A DNA stretch of 59,224 nt, filler included, from Thelocarpon superellum (GCA_026025795.1; 2 parts of 2 records of this genome joined end to end with filler, not necessarily neighbours in it); one strand, 5' to 3'. Counted from the first letter of the whole stretch, positions 1 through 13,283 are shown. Translations and numbers: made by a program. The notes: generated from the letters alone by a model not told the origin.

Positions 1-237
1 GCTGTCTCGCATGATATTTGATGATCAGCGTTTCAAATTGGGAACTTGAATCAGATCTTTCCAGGAGTCGACTTATGGCTTTAACGGAGGTAATAATAGC
101 CTCAGAGCTTAAAGTCCAAGGCTCCAGGTACAGGATCTGATCGTGTCAAAAGTCGCAAATGCCACGACTGACTGTTTGATGTTCGACATGTTGATAATGC
201 GTCTACCGATTCCGCCTGACTGTACGTTTCGTCGAAG

Positions 238-593
238 CATCGCGGCAGCTTCATCGCCCCCATTGGTATCGAGCTCGCTATATTTGTCTGTGAGCTTACC
301 GGTACCTCGGTCAGAGTCATGACATTGCAGACTTCGTTGCTCACTGGATGGACCCAGGCGGTTTTGGGACAGGTGGCTCGCTCAACCCTGCTCGATCCTT
401 CGGACCGGCGGTGGTGGTCACGCACTTCGCGTCCTCGCATTGGATTTACTGGGTGGAACCGATGGCCGGCGCGCTCATGGCCGTGTTGATGCATAAGCTC
501 ATCAAGGTGCTCGAGTACGAATCGTGCAACCCCGATCCGGAGCCCGGTCCAGTACCTCCTCGGGCCGATGTCGCGGTGAAGGATGACGTCTGA
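238..593 (+). pseudogene. Aquaporin (MIP family) C-terminal portion, probably truncated/degenerate
   Basis: Exon 238-301 (HRGSFIAPIGIELAIFVCELT) splices via GT..AG intron 302-357 in frame to GGFGTGGSLNPARSFGP...HWIYWVEP (second NPA box). No recognisable upstream aquaporin exon in 1-237, and several normally conserved residues are altered. Confidence 0.6.
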
Positions 594-1078
594 CGGCAAG
601 TCATCAGATGGCCCAACGCCTAAGTGACACGGCCCTGGCTACATCTCTTACGTTGCAGGCGGGTGGATCGTGGTTCGATGTATGACGACATGGACGTTGA
701 AGCTGTCGGAGAGGCGCAAGCGTCGTCAGGATGGCGTTCGGTTGAACTCTGTGGCTTAGGCAACGGGCATCCGGATCAGGGGTCCACTGCCGCCATCTTG
801 GCACCCTGACTGGCTGGGCTAGCGCTTCCTGGGATGGAGATGTCCTCTTCCGGCTTCATGTTGATACGGCTAAAGTTTTCTCGAGTTATGTCAATAGTAC
901 TTTGGGTCGACGGCTAGTCACTGATTTATCGTGATCTGGGACTGCAGAGGCAAGTGAAGGCCGCAGCCAGGCGACTACCGTCGCAAGACTATAACGCCTA
1001 CATGCGTACGTGACGAGGTCGTATGATTCATCTACGCATGTTAGCCTGCAGCTACTCGTTATTTGCTATCGTGAACAG

Positions 1079-1098
1079 ATCACGTGATAAGATCACGT
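1079..1098. promoter_or_regulatory. Palindromic E-box ATCACGTGAT plus adjacent ATCACGT, upstream of pyruvate kinase
   Basis: ATCACGTGAT at 1079-1088 and ATCACGT at 1092-1098, about 810 bp upstream of the PK ATG. Matches the bHLH (Tye7/SREBP-type) site consensus. Function is inferred. Confidence 0.4.
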
Positions 1099-1897
1099 TG
1101 CCTTGCATGGCCGATACTTACGCTGACATGACATATGGTACATCTGTGACAGTACATACAATCCCACATAACCAGGCAATCTCATCTGACATTTACAACA
1201 TTGTACATCATGACAGACATGGTAATGTACATCATGTGTGTGCAAATCAAGTTTTTAGTTACGCGGACAGAGTGGCTAACACATGCTTCGGGCAGAGGTG
1301 AGGTGTGGAGGGGCAAGTCAGACTAACCGAACCTGCACCAGAACGTTACTCGCCCTCGTAGCAAAGTTGCAAAAGTTTTGGACGTGGGGTGAGGGGAGTG
1401 TGGGGTGTGTCGGGTGTCTGGTTGGCCCTCAACGAATTAACCATGCTCTCTTACCGTTGCCGTTGTCGTTACGGGGACGAAGCATCGAGCTACGTAAGGC
1501 CGCGCCTTGCAGTCTGCGGTCTCGCCCAAGTTCCGGCAGTCCAGTCCAACCACAACACTGGCCGCATCTTTGGGCCCATCTGCAGCTCGTCAGCAATTTC
1601 TTCACCTGGCTGCCCACCTCTCCACCTGCTCCGGTACCTGCCGGTGCTCCTCAGCGGTTCCCCGTTCACGCAAAGCCCAACACAAAGGTCACACCAACCT
1701 TCATAGGGCTGACTCAAGGAGTGCGTCATCGTCGGTTTCTTGCTTGCTGCCTCTTTCTTCCGCCTGCCTCTTCCTCCACCTGCGCCGTCCGGAGTGGGAG
1801 GGGTTGCGGCTGACGACATTCCTAGCTTGTGCAGCCACAGCGAACCTCTTTCTGGTAATCAACGTGTTGGCACTGACGGCTACGTACAAGCTCCATC

Positions 1898-3883
1898 ATG
1901 GATCTTCTTACCACCCGTACGCGGTACGAATGGCTCGCCCAGCTCGACACCGAGTATCGCCCGAAGACGGTGTACCGACGCACGGCAATCATTGGTACCA
2001 TTGGTATGTGGCATGTCCCCTGGCGAGCACTCCCCGGAGCCATGCTTCCGGCGCTGACCTTCGTGTTCCTCGGTAGGTCCCAAGACCAACTCGGTTGAGA
2101 AGATCAATATGCTTCGCTCAGGTTCATCTGCCAGCCCAATGGAAAGGGTCCACGTGTTGACCGGTCCCTGTAGCTGGCCTCAATATCGTGCGCATGAACT
2201 TCTCTCACGGGTCCCATGAGGTTCGTCGGTCCTGGTCTCCATCCTATGATGAGCAGCTGATGGTCTATCATGTAGTACCATCAATCTGTCGTCGACCACG
2301 CCAAAGAAGCGGAGCGAGTCCAGGACGGTCGACCCCTGGCCATCGCGCTCGACACGGTATGTACTGCCCTAGCCCACCTTCGTAAGCTGCACGACCTCGG
2401 CCCCTTGCTCATGCATCGATGCACAGAAAGGGCCCGAGATCCGGACTGGAAACACCACTGGTGACGAGGACATCTCCATCAGTGCCGGAACGGAGTTGAA
2501 CATCACGACCGACGAGAAATATGCCACGGCGAGCGATGACAAGAACATGTGAGTCTGTTTTTGGTGCGGATGCCGATCCTCCGGTGCTGACGGGTGTTGA
2601 ATGCAGGTACGTGGACTATAAGAACATCACCAAAGTCATCGAAAAGGGCCGGATCATCTACGTCGACGACGGGGTCCTGTCCTTCCAAGTCGTGGATATC
2701 GTCAACAGCAGTACCTTGCGTGTGCGCTGCCTCAACAACGGCAAGATCTCGTCCAAGAAAGGGGTCAACCTGCCCAAGACCGACGTCGATCTACCAGCAC
2801 TGTCGGAGAAGGACAAGAGTGATCTGCGCTTCGGCGTGCGCAACGGCGTGCACATGGTCTTTGCGTCATTTATCCGCCGCGGTGATGACATCAAGTCCAT
2901 CCGCGAGGTGCTGGGCGAGGACGGCAAGGACATTCAGATCATCGCCAAGATCGAGAACCAGCAGGGCGTGAACAACTTTGACGAGATTCTCAAGGAGACC
3001 GACGGCGTCATGGTGGCCCGAGGCGATCTCGGCATCGAGATCCCCCCGGCGCAGGTCTTCATTGCGCAGAAGATGATGATTGCCAAGTGTAACCTGGCCG
3101 GGAAGCCTGTCATCTGCGCCACGCAGATGCTCGAGTCCATGACATACAACCCGCGGCCGACGCGCGCCGAGGTCAGCGACGTCGGCAACGCCGTCCTCGA
3201 CGGCGCCGATTGCGTCATGCTGTCGGGCGAGACGGCCAAGGGGAGCTACCCCAAGGAGGCCGTCACCATGATGCATGAGACGTGTCTGTTGGCGGAGATT
3301 GCCATCCCCTACGTCAACGCCTTTGACGAGCTGCGAAGTCTGGCCGCGCGACCCGTCTCGACCACGGAGAGCTGTGCCATGGCCGCCGTGAGCGCGAGTC
3401 TCGAGCAGAATGCGGGAGCCATCTTGGTCCTGACCACCAGGTTCGTGGTCTGCCCACGCCCGGCTCGGCCACCTCGTGCTGACCGATGATCTAGTGGGAG
3501 CACGGCGCGTCTCATCTCCAAGTATCGGCCCGTCTGTCCCATCTTGATGGTCACGCGTAACTCGCGCGCCGCGAGAGTACGTCTCCTTTCTGCATGACGG
3601 GTTGCCCGAGGGTGGATGCTGACTCAGGCTCCAGTATTCCCACCTGTACCGGGGCGTCTATCCCTTCCTCTTTGATGAGAAGAAGCCGGATTTTGACACG
3701 ACGGTGTGGCAAGAGGATGTGGACCGCCGCTTGAAGTGGGGTATTGCCGGCGCCATCAAGCTCGGCGTGCTGAAGAAGGGCGAGATCGTGGTGTGTGTGC
3801 AGGGATGGCGCGGTGGAATGGGCCATACAAATACCCTCCGCATCGTGCCGGCCGAGGAGGACTTGGGCCTGGTGACCAAATAG
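1898..3883 (+). CDS. pkiA: Pyruvate kinase (multi-exon)
   Basis: Spliced exons give [86 protein letters not shown], and C-terminal [15 protein letters not shown]. Stop TAG at 3881-3883. Confidence 0.97.
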
Positions 3884-4487
3884 CAGCCGGGTCGAAAGGG
3901 GATGATTTGATTCGACCTCGGTATGATAGAGGGTGTTGCAACGAGGGCCAAAGTCCAAAGTAATCAATTGAGTCGTCGAGTGCTCCCCGCATCGCGGTCC
4001 ACTTATCTACGGGGACTGCATGCCAAGAGAGGGTCGGTGTGACGTGCTGACAGGGTCACGAGGCTACTTGGTGCGACGCTGCACGAGGACACGAGGACGC
4101 GAGGGCCGAGGACCAGGTACACGAGGCCATCACGCAGGAATGATCAGGACCATGATGAATGAATCGTGCCTCTACAGCTCCCCCGCGCTATGACAAATGA
4201 CTGACGCCATTCCGGGTCATACAAACGAAATCCCACGATGGGAAGGAAGCGCGTGTCCATGGTACGCGCCGTACCCATTGGCCACGTCGGTCTCACCAGT
4301 CAACTCTCCCGGCCGCCCTCATCTTCAGCTCACAGGTGCAGGTGTCATCCTTCGCCATCCTGCTCACAAGTCTACCCTTGATCACATCTGCAAGGGTTGC
4401 CCCTCATCTTCAGCTCACACACACACATCTCCAAGCCTCCTCTTGTCGTCTTGGTCACATCTCCACTCATCACACCTGATCTTCGAC

Positions 4488-6749
4488 TCACCCCTCCAAA
4501 GCCTCCTCCTCATCTTCCTCGAGCACGCCAATACCGCTGTCAAACCGGCGGCGCTTCTTCACGGGCGTGCCGAAAAAGCGCATGCTCTGCGGCGTGGCGG
4601 GGAAGATGGTGCCGCCCTCGCCCGCTCCGGCGCGGCCATTCAGGAAGCCGTTTTTGATTTCGCCCACTCGTGCCAGAGATCGCATCAGCTCAGACTGCAT
4701 CGATTGTACTGCGTTGGCGCCGGCCTCCGTTTCCGCGTGCAGGCGTGCTTGTAGGGTTGTTTGTGTGGACGTGAGAGCGTTGATGGCGGCGGTGGCGGTG
4801 GCCAGCGAGGCCCCGAGCTCCGTCACGCGTGCTTGCAACGCTTCGATTTCTTGGTTCTTCGCGCTGATCTCTTGGGTCTTGGCGTCGATCTCCTGGTTCT
4901 TGCTGCTGATGTCCTGGTTCTTGACGCCGATGGTAGCTTCGTGACTGCGGATGCCACTTGCAATCTCTTTTCGCAAGCCGTCCACGGCGACATCTCGCTC
5001 CTTCAGCAAGCTCCGAGCCTGCTCCTCCACATCTTCAGCGTACTTCCGGGCCAGGCCGACCTTTCCCTCCAGCGCTTTGATTACGTCCGTCTTCGCTTGA
5101 AGCGCGTTGCCCAGGTCACGGGTGGCCATAGCCTCGGCCTCCAGTTGGCCTTCGAGGTCCGCCACGGCCTCGTCCTTTTGTCGCTGCAGCTGCTGCGTCT
5201 TCGTCCGGGATTCTTCCTCCAGTCTGACGACCAGCTTCTCCAGCCCCTTGACCTCCTTGCGGTATCCCTCCAGGGCCCGCTGCAGCTTCTCTACCGACCG
5301 GTCGCGTTCGTCTGACTCGGCCACCAGCTCCTTGACGGTGTTTAGGGCGGCACGCTCCTTGGCGTTGCATTGGATCCAGTGCTGTTCAGCGGCCAGGGCG
5401 CGCTTCTCCGCGTTGAATTGCAGGGCACGGGCATCGTCGATCCGCTCCTGCACCTTGCTCTCCTTGGCCTTGGCCGCCTTCCGCTCTTTGTTGCCCTGGT
5501 CGACGCGCACCATCAGGTCTTTGATCCGGTTGATCAGCATGGCCAGCAAGCGGCAATTGTCAAAGCCCTCCTTGTGCTCTCCCGGATTTAGGTACTCCAG
5601 CTCGATCCTCGTCCGGCGAAATTGCTTGTGGATAGTCTCCACCATCTCCTCGGCCGTGGTGCCTTCAAAGCCCAGCGATGAGATCTCGGCCGTGACGAGG
5701 TTCATGGCCGCGTGAGCTTCTTGGAGCTCCGACTGGGCCAGTGCCAGCTCCGTGATGACACTATCGAGGGCAAGGTCCAGCTCCGTGACATCGTCGTCCT
5801 CGTTCTGAGACGAGGGTGATGAGACGAAAGGTGCCAGCTTGGACATGACCCGCTGCTGGGTGGACTCCAGCACCTCCTGCTCGGCCAGTAACTGGTGCAC
5901 AGCGTCCTTGAGCTCTTCCACCTGCTCCTCGAGCTTGGCCGTTTCCGGGTCGTCTCGTGTCTGAATGCCAACGGAGGATGGGACGGCGGCCTCCGACGTG
6001 ACTTCCACCTCCGCCTCGGTCGTTGCGAGCTGGTGATGGGGCGAGGTTGCGTCGCGAATGTCGGTCAGGTTGGCATCGATGTCATCATCTTCGTCGAGGC
6101 CGACAAAAGGCGTTTCGTGCATGGTCTCTTCGTCCAGTTCGTGATCATGTCTCGTCATCTGTTCGGTCAAGCGCGCGACCTCCCGCTCCAGGTCCAGTCT
6201 CCGCTCGTGGTCATGCTCGTCGAGCTGGTGCTTCAAGTCGTGGACCTCCTTGTCCTTGTCCGCGATCTCCTGCCGGAGCGCCTCAATCTCTGCCACGGTC
6301 CGCCACTTGCCGCGTCGCTTCTGGACGTGGATCTCATTGAGCTCCTCGCTGAGATGATTTCGCTTCAGCCGACGCTTGATGCGGCCATCGAGGACCTGCG
6401 TCAGTGGGGCGAAGTGAACATTTCCACTCGGCGCATCCTGAAGCTCGGATAGCGAAGGCGGCATGGATCGTCGTCGGCCCGGCGTCGCGGATGTTACTGC
6501 CTTGCGCGAGGGAGCCACGGGCGAGAGGGTATGGCGACGCACGGCTGGAGTCAGGCCCGTCGACCAGCTGGGCAGGGGGTCTGGCTCGACATCGGAAAAG
6601 CGCACGCGTTTCCCGCGCGTACGTGAGGCTGGGGTTTTGGATTCGCCCATGGCCTTGAAGGCTACGGACTCGGATCCACAGCTTGGCTCGGTGTTGCTGC
6701 TGTTCGACCGTCTCCGGCTCCGGGTGCGCGGGGTGTGTGGGGCCTCCAT
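4488..6749 (-). CDS. Uncharacterised long coiled-coil protein (753 aa)
   Basis: Single ATG-initiated ORF. Basic S/T-P-rich N-terminus, extensive E/L/K/A heptad helices, C-terminal KKRRR (NLS-like) then acidic tail. Confidence 0.85.
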   Translation of the reverse strand: MEAPHTPRTRSRRRSNSSNTEPSCGSESVAFKAMGESKTPASRTRGKRVRFSDVEPDPLPSWSTGLTPAVRRHTLSPVAPSRKAVTSATPGRRRSMPPSLSELQDAPSGNVHFAPLTQVLDGRIKRRLKRNHLSEELNEIHVQKRRGKWRTVAEIEALRQEIADKDKEVHDLKHQLDEHDHERRLDLEREVARLTEQMTRHDHELDEETMHETPFVGLDEDDDIDANLTDIRDATSPHHQLATTEAEVEVTSEAAVPSSVGIQTRDDPETAKLEEQVEELKDAVHQLLAEQEVLESTQQRVMSKLAPFVSSPSSQNEDDDVTELDLALDSVITELALAQSELQEAHAAMNLVTAEISSLGFEGTTAEEMVETIHKQFRRTRIELEYLNPGEHKEGFDNCRLLAMLINRIKDLMVRVDQGNKERKAAKAKESKVQERIDDARALQFNAEKRALAAEQHWIQCNAKERAALNTVKELVAESDERDRSVEKLQRALEGYRKEVKGLEKLVVRLEEESRTKTQQLQRQKDEAVADLEGQLEAEAMATRDLGNALQAKTDVIKALEGKVGLARKYAEDVEEQARSLLKERDVAVDGLRKEIASGIRSHEATIGVKNQDISSKNQEIDAKTQEISAKNQEIEALQARVTELGASLATATAAINALTSTQTTLQARLHAETEAGANAVQSMQSELMRSLARVGEIKNGFLNGRAGAGEGGTIFPATPQSMRFFGTPVKKRRRFDSGIGVLEEDEEEALEG

Positions 6750-7756
6750 TGAAGATGTTTACTGCATGTGGAGTAGGAGGGATGCAGATGGGAGAAGACG
6801 GGGGGCAGAAGGTGTGGAAGAAGGTGGTGGAAGAACAAGAGCAAGCATGGAGTAGAGACCACGGAGCTGCACCGTGCCTAAAAGAATGTCAAGCAGTGTT
6901 GTGTATTTGTGTCAAGAGGCTGCAATCGTACAAATAGTAGAAAGTTGTCCGTGTCTATCATACAAGTGCAAGTGCAAGTGGCTGGCATGATGCGATAACA
7001 CAACAATCGATAAGCACAATAGGACTAGTCCAAGTGTCCTGCCGGTAAGTTACAGGCATGGCCGTCACCCGCCCGGCAGTGACTACTGGGGGTGGCCCGA
7101 GCATGAGGAGGGGGAGGAAAGTCAGTCAGGGACACCATTCCCTCTTAGGCGACCACGTAAACAAACAATCGGCCTGTTCCAGCGTGGTGCCCCGCCACCC
7201 CATGTCCGTGGAACGTTTCGAGGCAGGGATCAAGCGCCACCACCGATTGGACCCGACTGCTCCACGAACATGAAGAGGCATGCTTGCCATGGTTCTGGCT
7301 AGATCAGAGTCCATTGTTGACAGCCTCATCTTGGACGTGACTCACGGTTGACCGGGGAAGCTTCGGCTACACGAGCTACTCACTGCCCCACCGGTGCCGT
7401 TGATTATTCTGATTGGTTCACGGGGAGCTGAATTGCGGCAACCCGAGCGACTGCTCATACCGTGTACGCTACGGATCGATATCGATCTACCAGTGATATT
7501 CGCCCGTCGGCAAAGGAGTGTGAGATCTTTGGCATCCTCTCAAGGCAGAGAAGTGCTGGAAGAGGGCCCGAGGGGATGGTCTCACGGTTGAGGTCATCGG
7601 CAGCTCGGTGGCGACGCGATCTGGTAGCCGGGTTCAGATCGACAGGTCGCAGGGAGCTGCCGCTGTGTTTACCACGCTAAAAGAGCTTGAGCTCCGGTAG
7701 AGACGTGGCGAGCGACTAGCCGAAGTCTACTGGGACCATCGGTCGGCTCCATCTTC

Positions 7757-7798
7757 GAGTACGAGCATGAGTACGAGTATGAGTACGAGTACGAGTAC
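7757..7798. repeat. (GAGTAC)-type hexamer tandem repeat, 7 units
   Basis: gagtac gagcat gagtac gagtat gagtac gagtac gagtac, in the divergent intergenic region. Confidence 0.9.
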
Positions 7799-8266
7799 GG
7801 AGACCTCGTCCTCGTACAGTACAAATAACATGCTCTCGACGGGCACCAGACTGTGACGTGGTTGAAGGCGGATAGAGTGAACGTTGGAAGGGGACCATAG
7901 ATAATACCGCGGAGTAATAGACGACCAATAATTCGATGGACACGATTGATACGTGTTGTTTCACGCATCATTGCTCTTGACGATAATGCGCACCAGATCG
8001 TCATGACTTGTGAGGATCTCCGTGCTTTTGAGTAGGAGCAAAGTAGACAAGAGTTGAACCGCCGCGCCTCCTATCACGGGGTTCTCCCGAACGTCTGACT
8101 TGACGGTCGGCTGTCTGCAATGTCAACAAGAGTGGGCATGTGCTCTAGATTGGTTCTCCGTCGCGAAGCTTGAGTCTCTGCTTGGCCAAGGCCTTTTCCG
8201 GGCAACGTTACACCTTCTTTATCGTCCGTTCCTGTTGGCGGCGTGTTGAAGAGAGCACGACGTCCC

Positions 8267-9718
8267 ATGGAGGTATCGCAGGGCTCGCGAAGCCTCGTCT
8301 CGTTGCCCTCCGAGATTCTCTTTCAGATCTGCCGTAATCTCCACCCCGAAGACCTCGGTGCGCTCTCTCAGGTCTGTTCCAGGCTGCGCGATCATGCCCA
8401 CGACGACAGCCACTGGCAGCGTCTCATTCAAGACCATGTCCCCGGGTGCAGGATCACGCGGCCCTTTCCGGCCGAGAGCTTTCGGCAGCTGTTCACCAGG
8501 CATTATCCGCGCTGGTTCTTGCCTCGCTACAAGATCTGGTTTGCCGATGAGCCACACGTGGGGAAGCTCTTGGTGGCACGGTACGAGCCCCGGACGGGCA
8601 CGATCGAGGCCTACCGCCTGGTAGCGGAGCGAGGCACCCATTCCTTTCAGATGTGGGAGCACGACCCACAGGTCTCCATCCATACCTTTGCGCCGACGGT
8701 GTCAGTCCACGTGGACAATCCTGTCATCCGGCTGGAGCCTCGACCCTTGCGCCCCGCGTTGCGAATGCACGGCCGACGGATCCTCCCGGCCGAGATTCCC
8801 GTCGACACGCCGCAGGCCGCTGCCAGCGGTCTCTTCTCCAACTTCATGCTCGCCCGTCTATATCCGACTCCCGTCCAGCGCGACGACGGTTCACGATCCT
8901 ACGCCGAGATCTGGCCACCGGCGACCGTGCCCGCACCACAGCACGTCAGCATCCCCGATCGCGAGGGGCCGAATGGCCTCCCGTCCTGCATGGCCGAGGT
9001 GCCCGACACCATCTTCCGCATACGTCGGTGGATGGAGTTTGTGCACTCGGGCCTCCCAGTGGGCGTACGCATGGGCGAGGTCATCGCCACCTACAGCACC
9101 CTCCTCCCGGCGCTGTACACGCCCACCGCCTCCAAACCGTGGCGGGGCATCTGGGTGGGCGACTACGCCGGACATGGGTGCGAGTTTCTCCTCTTACTGC
9201 AGCCGGATGATCCGATCATCGACGTGGGTGACCATCTCGCTCAGTCCGCCGACCACATCTACCAGGGCGAGCTCAAGGCCGTCAAGCTGACGGGCGATCC
9301 AAACGTTCCACGCGGCCAGGTGACTTTCGTCGCCGCAGATCTTGGGCCGGGAGGACTGCTGCGGATCGCCGAGGAAGCACCATTTACGGGGGCCCGAGTG
9401 GTCAGGAGCAAGGGTCATGTGGCGGCCCGGGGGTTTCGCGACGGTAGGTCTTCCTCAATCTGGAGTTGAAACCGCACATTGTGCAGTTGGCGCGTTGGTT
9501 GATTGTCCGATGATCAGTAACTGACCTCGCCTTGACAGACCAGTATCTTGACTCGGAGCTGATGATGCTCTCCGCCGATCGACTGGCCCACTACTGGAAG
9601 GTACGATGTCTCGTACCGAGTGGTGTGGGTATCTACGGACTCTTCTGACTAAAAACAGGGACTGGGCCATATTGACTATTACCAACGAGTGGACATTGAT
9701 GATTTTATCCATGAGTGA
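8267..9718 (+). CDS. F-box protein (FBXO31-like C-terminal domain)
   Basis: N-terminal F-box LVSLPSEILFQICRNL..LSQVCSRL; C-terminal PWRGIWVGDYAGHGCEFL and AVKLTGDPNVPRG. Two 3' introns, then final exon GLGHIDYYQRVDIDDFIHE*. Confidence 0.9.
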
Positions 9719-9904
9719 CGTGGACGAGGAGACACGGAGAGACGGAGAAACGGAGCGAATCGACGGTGGGGCATGCTGCTCGGCTAAAGATTCCTTCGGC
9801 TAAGGTCGAGACGTCATGGGTCAACGACCCGAGAGGAGAGACGATGAGGAAACAATTCCATTGCTTCTCTTTGCACAGAGTACCCTCCCAGATCTATCGT
9901 GGGG

Positions 9905-10993
9905 ATGGCCGACAAATACCTACTGCGCGTCACGGCAGGACCCGCGTATGATCCGGCAACTCATCAGGTAGTCAAGGTCAACACGTCTACGCCGGTGGTA
10001 ATCGAGACGCCACATTCCAGCACCAATCTCAATGTGCGCATCCAGAACTATCGAGGTACCAAGACGATGAAGCACCGCTCACTTTTCAATGGCATGTCTG
10101 ATGGCCATTCGCAGGACTTCCCGAAGGCTCACCGTCGACCTCTCCATATTTCTCCACCCCAGCCCACACCGCCGACCAGTATTCCATCGCCTTCAGCGTC
10201 CTCCCCAAGAGCAGCATACCCGGGAACGACCTAGTCTTCGGCAACGACTTCGACCGACCAATCCGCGATCGACTGCCGCCGGGATTCAACACCGCCTTTC
10301 GCATTGTGAAATGGGCTATCGATCCCGGTATCGACGGGGACCCGTACGCGGACGAGCCGAATCTGTACGGCCCCGCCCTGAGCAGCGTCAACGTGTTCCG
10401 GGTGGGCGAGAAGCAGCCGACGCTCGTGCCGGCTGAAGTTCCGTCGACGCTGGAAGAGGGCGGTGATGGCGATGGCGCGACGATGCGAGCCGACCACAAC
10501 GTCCCTGCCGACGCGGGCGCGCGCAAGAAATGGTTCCTGGAGGAGACGAAGCGTACCGAGTGGGTCTTTGACGCCGGCCGAGTCTACACGGCTGATTTCT
10601 TCAATCCGTATCTGGATTTCAATCGTGGGTAGTTCCGTCGTATTCTCCTGTGCAGACCGACTGACCGGCTGACGCACCCAGGTTTCGCTCTGAAGCTGCC
10701 CGGCTTCTCATTGAGTCTGATGCATTACTGGGACGGACAACCATTGAGGTAGGTCTTTCTCTGCACTCCACCTGCTCTTTCGCCTCCTCTTCTCGACCAC
10801 CGTTCACCCTGAAGACAGATACGTGCTCAAGAACCGCAAAAGTGGGGCCGTCTATTTTGTCATCGTTTTCACGTTGGTGCCCAAAGCCGACGCACAAGGC
10901 GAACCGGCGGAGAAGAGCGGGTTGAAGGACACGACGGAGGGGAAGCCGGAAGGACACGAGAGGGAGAGCGACAACGAGGAGGGCGTTGATTGA
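9905..10993 (+). CDS. DUF1769-family protein
   Basis: MADKYLLRVTAGPAYD..VRIQNYRG, GNDLVFGNDFDRPIRDRLPPGF, WAIDPGIDGDPYADEP, DFFNPYLDF, YWDGQPLRYVLK. Three introns. Confidence 0.85.
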
Positions 10994-11002
10994 TCGATCG
11001 AA

Positions 11003-11044
11003 CTCGTTCTCATGCTCATGCTCATTCTCATGCTCATTCTCATC
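11003..11044. repeat. (CTCATK) hexamer microsatellite between convergent genes
   Basis: 7 units of ctcrtn directly after the DUF1769 stop. Confidence 0.85.
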
Positions 11045-11107
11045 TCCTCTAACCTCTCTCGAAGAATCCATTCCATGCACCCTATTTCTCTAGGGTAGAC
11101 CGACTCG

Positions 11108-12360
<1,253 letters not shown>

Positions 12361-12594
12361 GGTGGATTGTGGGATGGGGGAGGGGAGAGCGAGGTCAAAC
12401 AGGTTGGGCCGCTGTCGAAACGTCAACTGGAACCTTCGAACATGACGCTCGCGAAACTTATCGGTCGCACCCCACCACGTCACGGTCCCTCTCCCTCCGC
12501 AATCCACATTCCACATTTTCAGCCTCTCAAAATTGTACGGTCGCACTTCGACATCTATCATCTGCTACGCAATCCCTTTCCCCACTCCTTCACC

Positions 12595-13283
12595 ATGTCC
12601 TTGGGCCCAGCGGCCGCTCCGTTCAATCCGGACGAGGCGGAAAACTTTGAGGATGTTCGTCCCCATCCTGCCCCGCGTTTGATCTTCATTGACCCCGCGG
12701 TGCCCAGATCGAAAAGCAGTTCGCCGTCAAAGGTAGATCTCGTAGCATGGGGTGACCATCTCTCTGACACCAACAGCCGTGGAGCACATGTCGACCTACT
12801 GGGGCATTCTGGAAAAGATGCGTGCGTCACAACTTCGACTGACCAAGCTCGACGAGGACATCTACCAACACTTGAAGACCGACTTTCCCGAATTCGACCC
12901 ACGACAGACTATCGACGAGAATGAGATGAAAAGTAAGAGTGGCAAAGAGCGATGGCGCAAATTCATGATGGCCTACGAGAAACGGGTGGCCGACTACAAC
13001 TTTGGCACCTTGTTACGCCGGGACGCGAAGTGGGAGTATGGCGAGAAAGAGACCATCTTCGGTGAGAGGGACCCGCTTCGACTGCTCGGTCGTTGTTGAC
13101 TGTCTGAAAGTGCCCCGGATGCAGTTCTATGCCGTGGAGATTGCGAGGTATGATCGTCGTCGATGGGTGGGGACACGGCTGACGCGTTGCAGGAACCGAG
13201 AAGGCTTGAATGACTGGATTTACGAGCGTGAACATCCCGAAGAAAAGACTCCTGCGACGGGCGCATTGGAGAATGATACATGA
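12595..13283 (+). CDS. PBDC1/YPL225W-like protein (Polysacc_synt_4 family)
   Basis: Five exons give AENFEDIEKQFAVKAVEHM, LRLTKLDEDIY, KSKSGKERWRKFM, DYNFGTLLR, PRMQFYAVEIARNREGLNDWI. Confidence 0.9.

Noticed and set aside
1283..1889. Overlapping 100-190 aa ORFs upstream of pyruvate kinase
   Set aside because: No motifs; the region behaves as promoter and spliced 5' leader.
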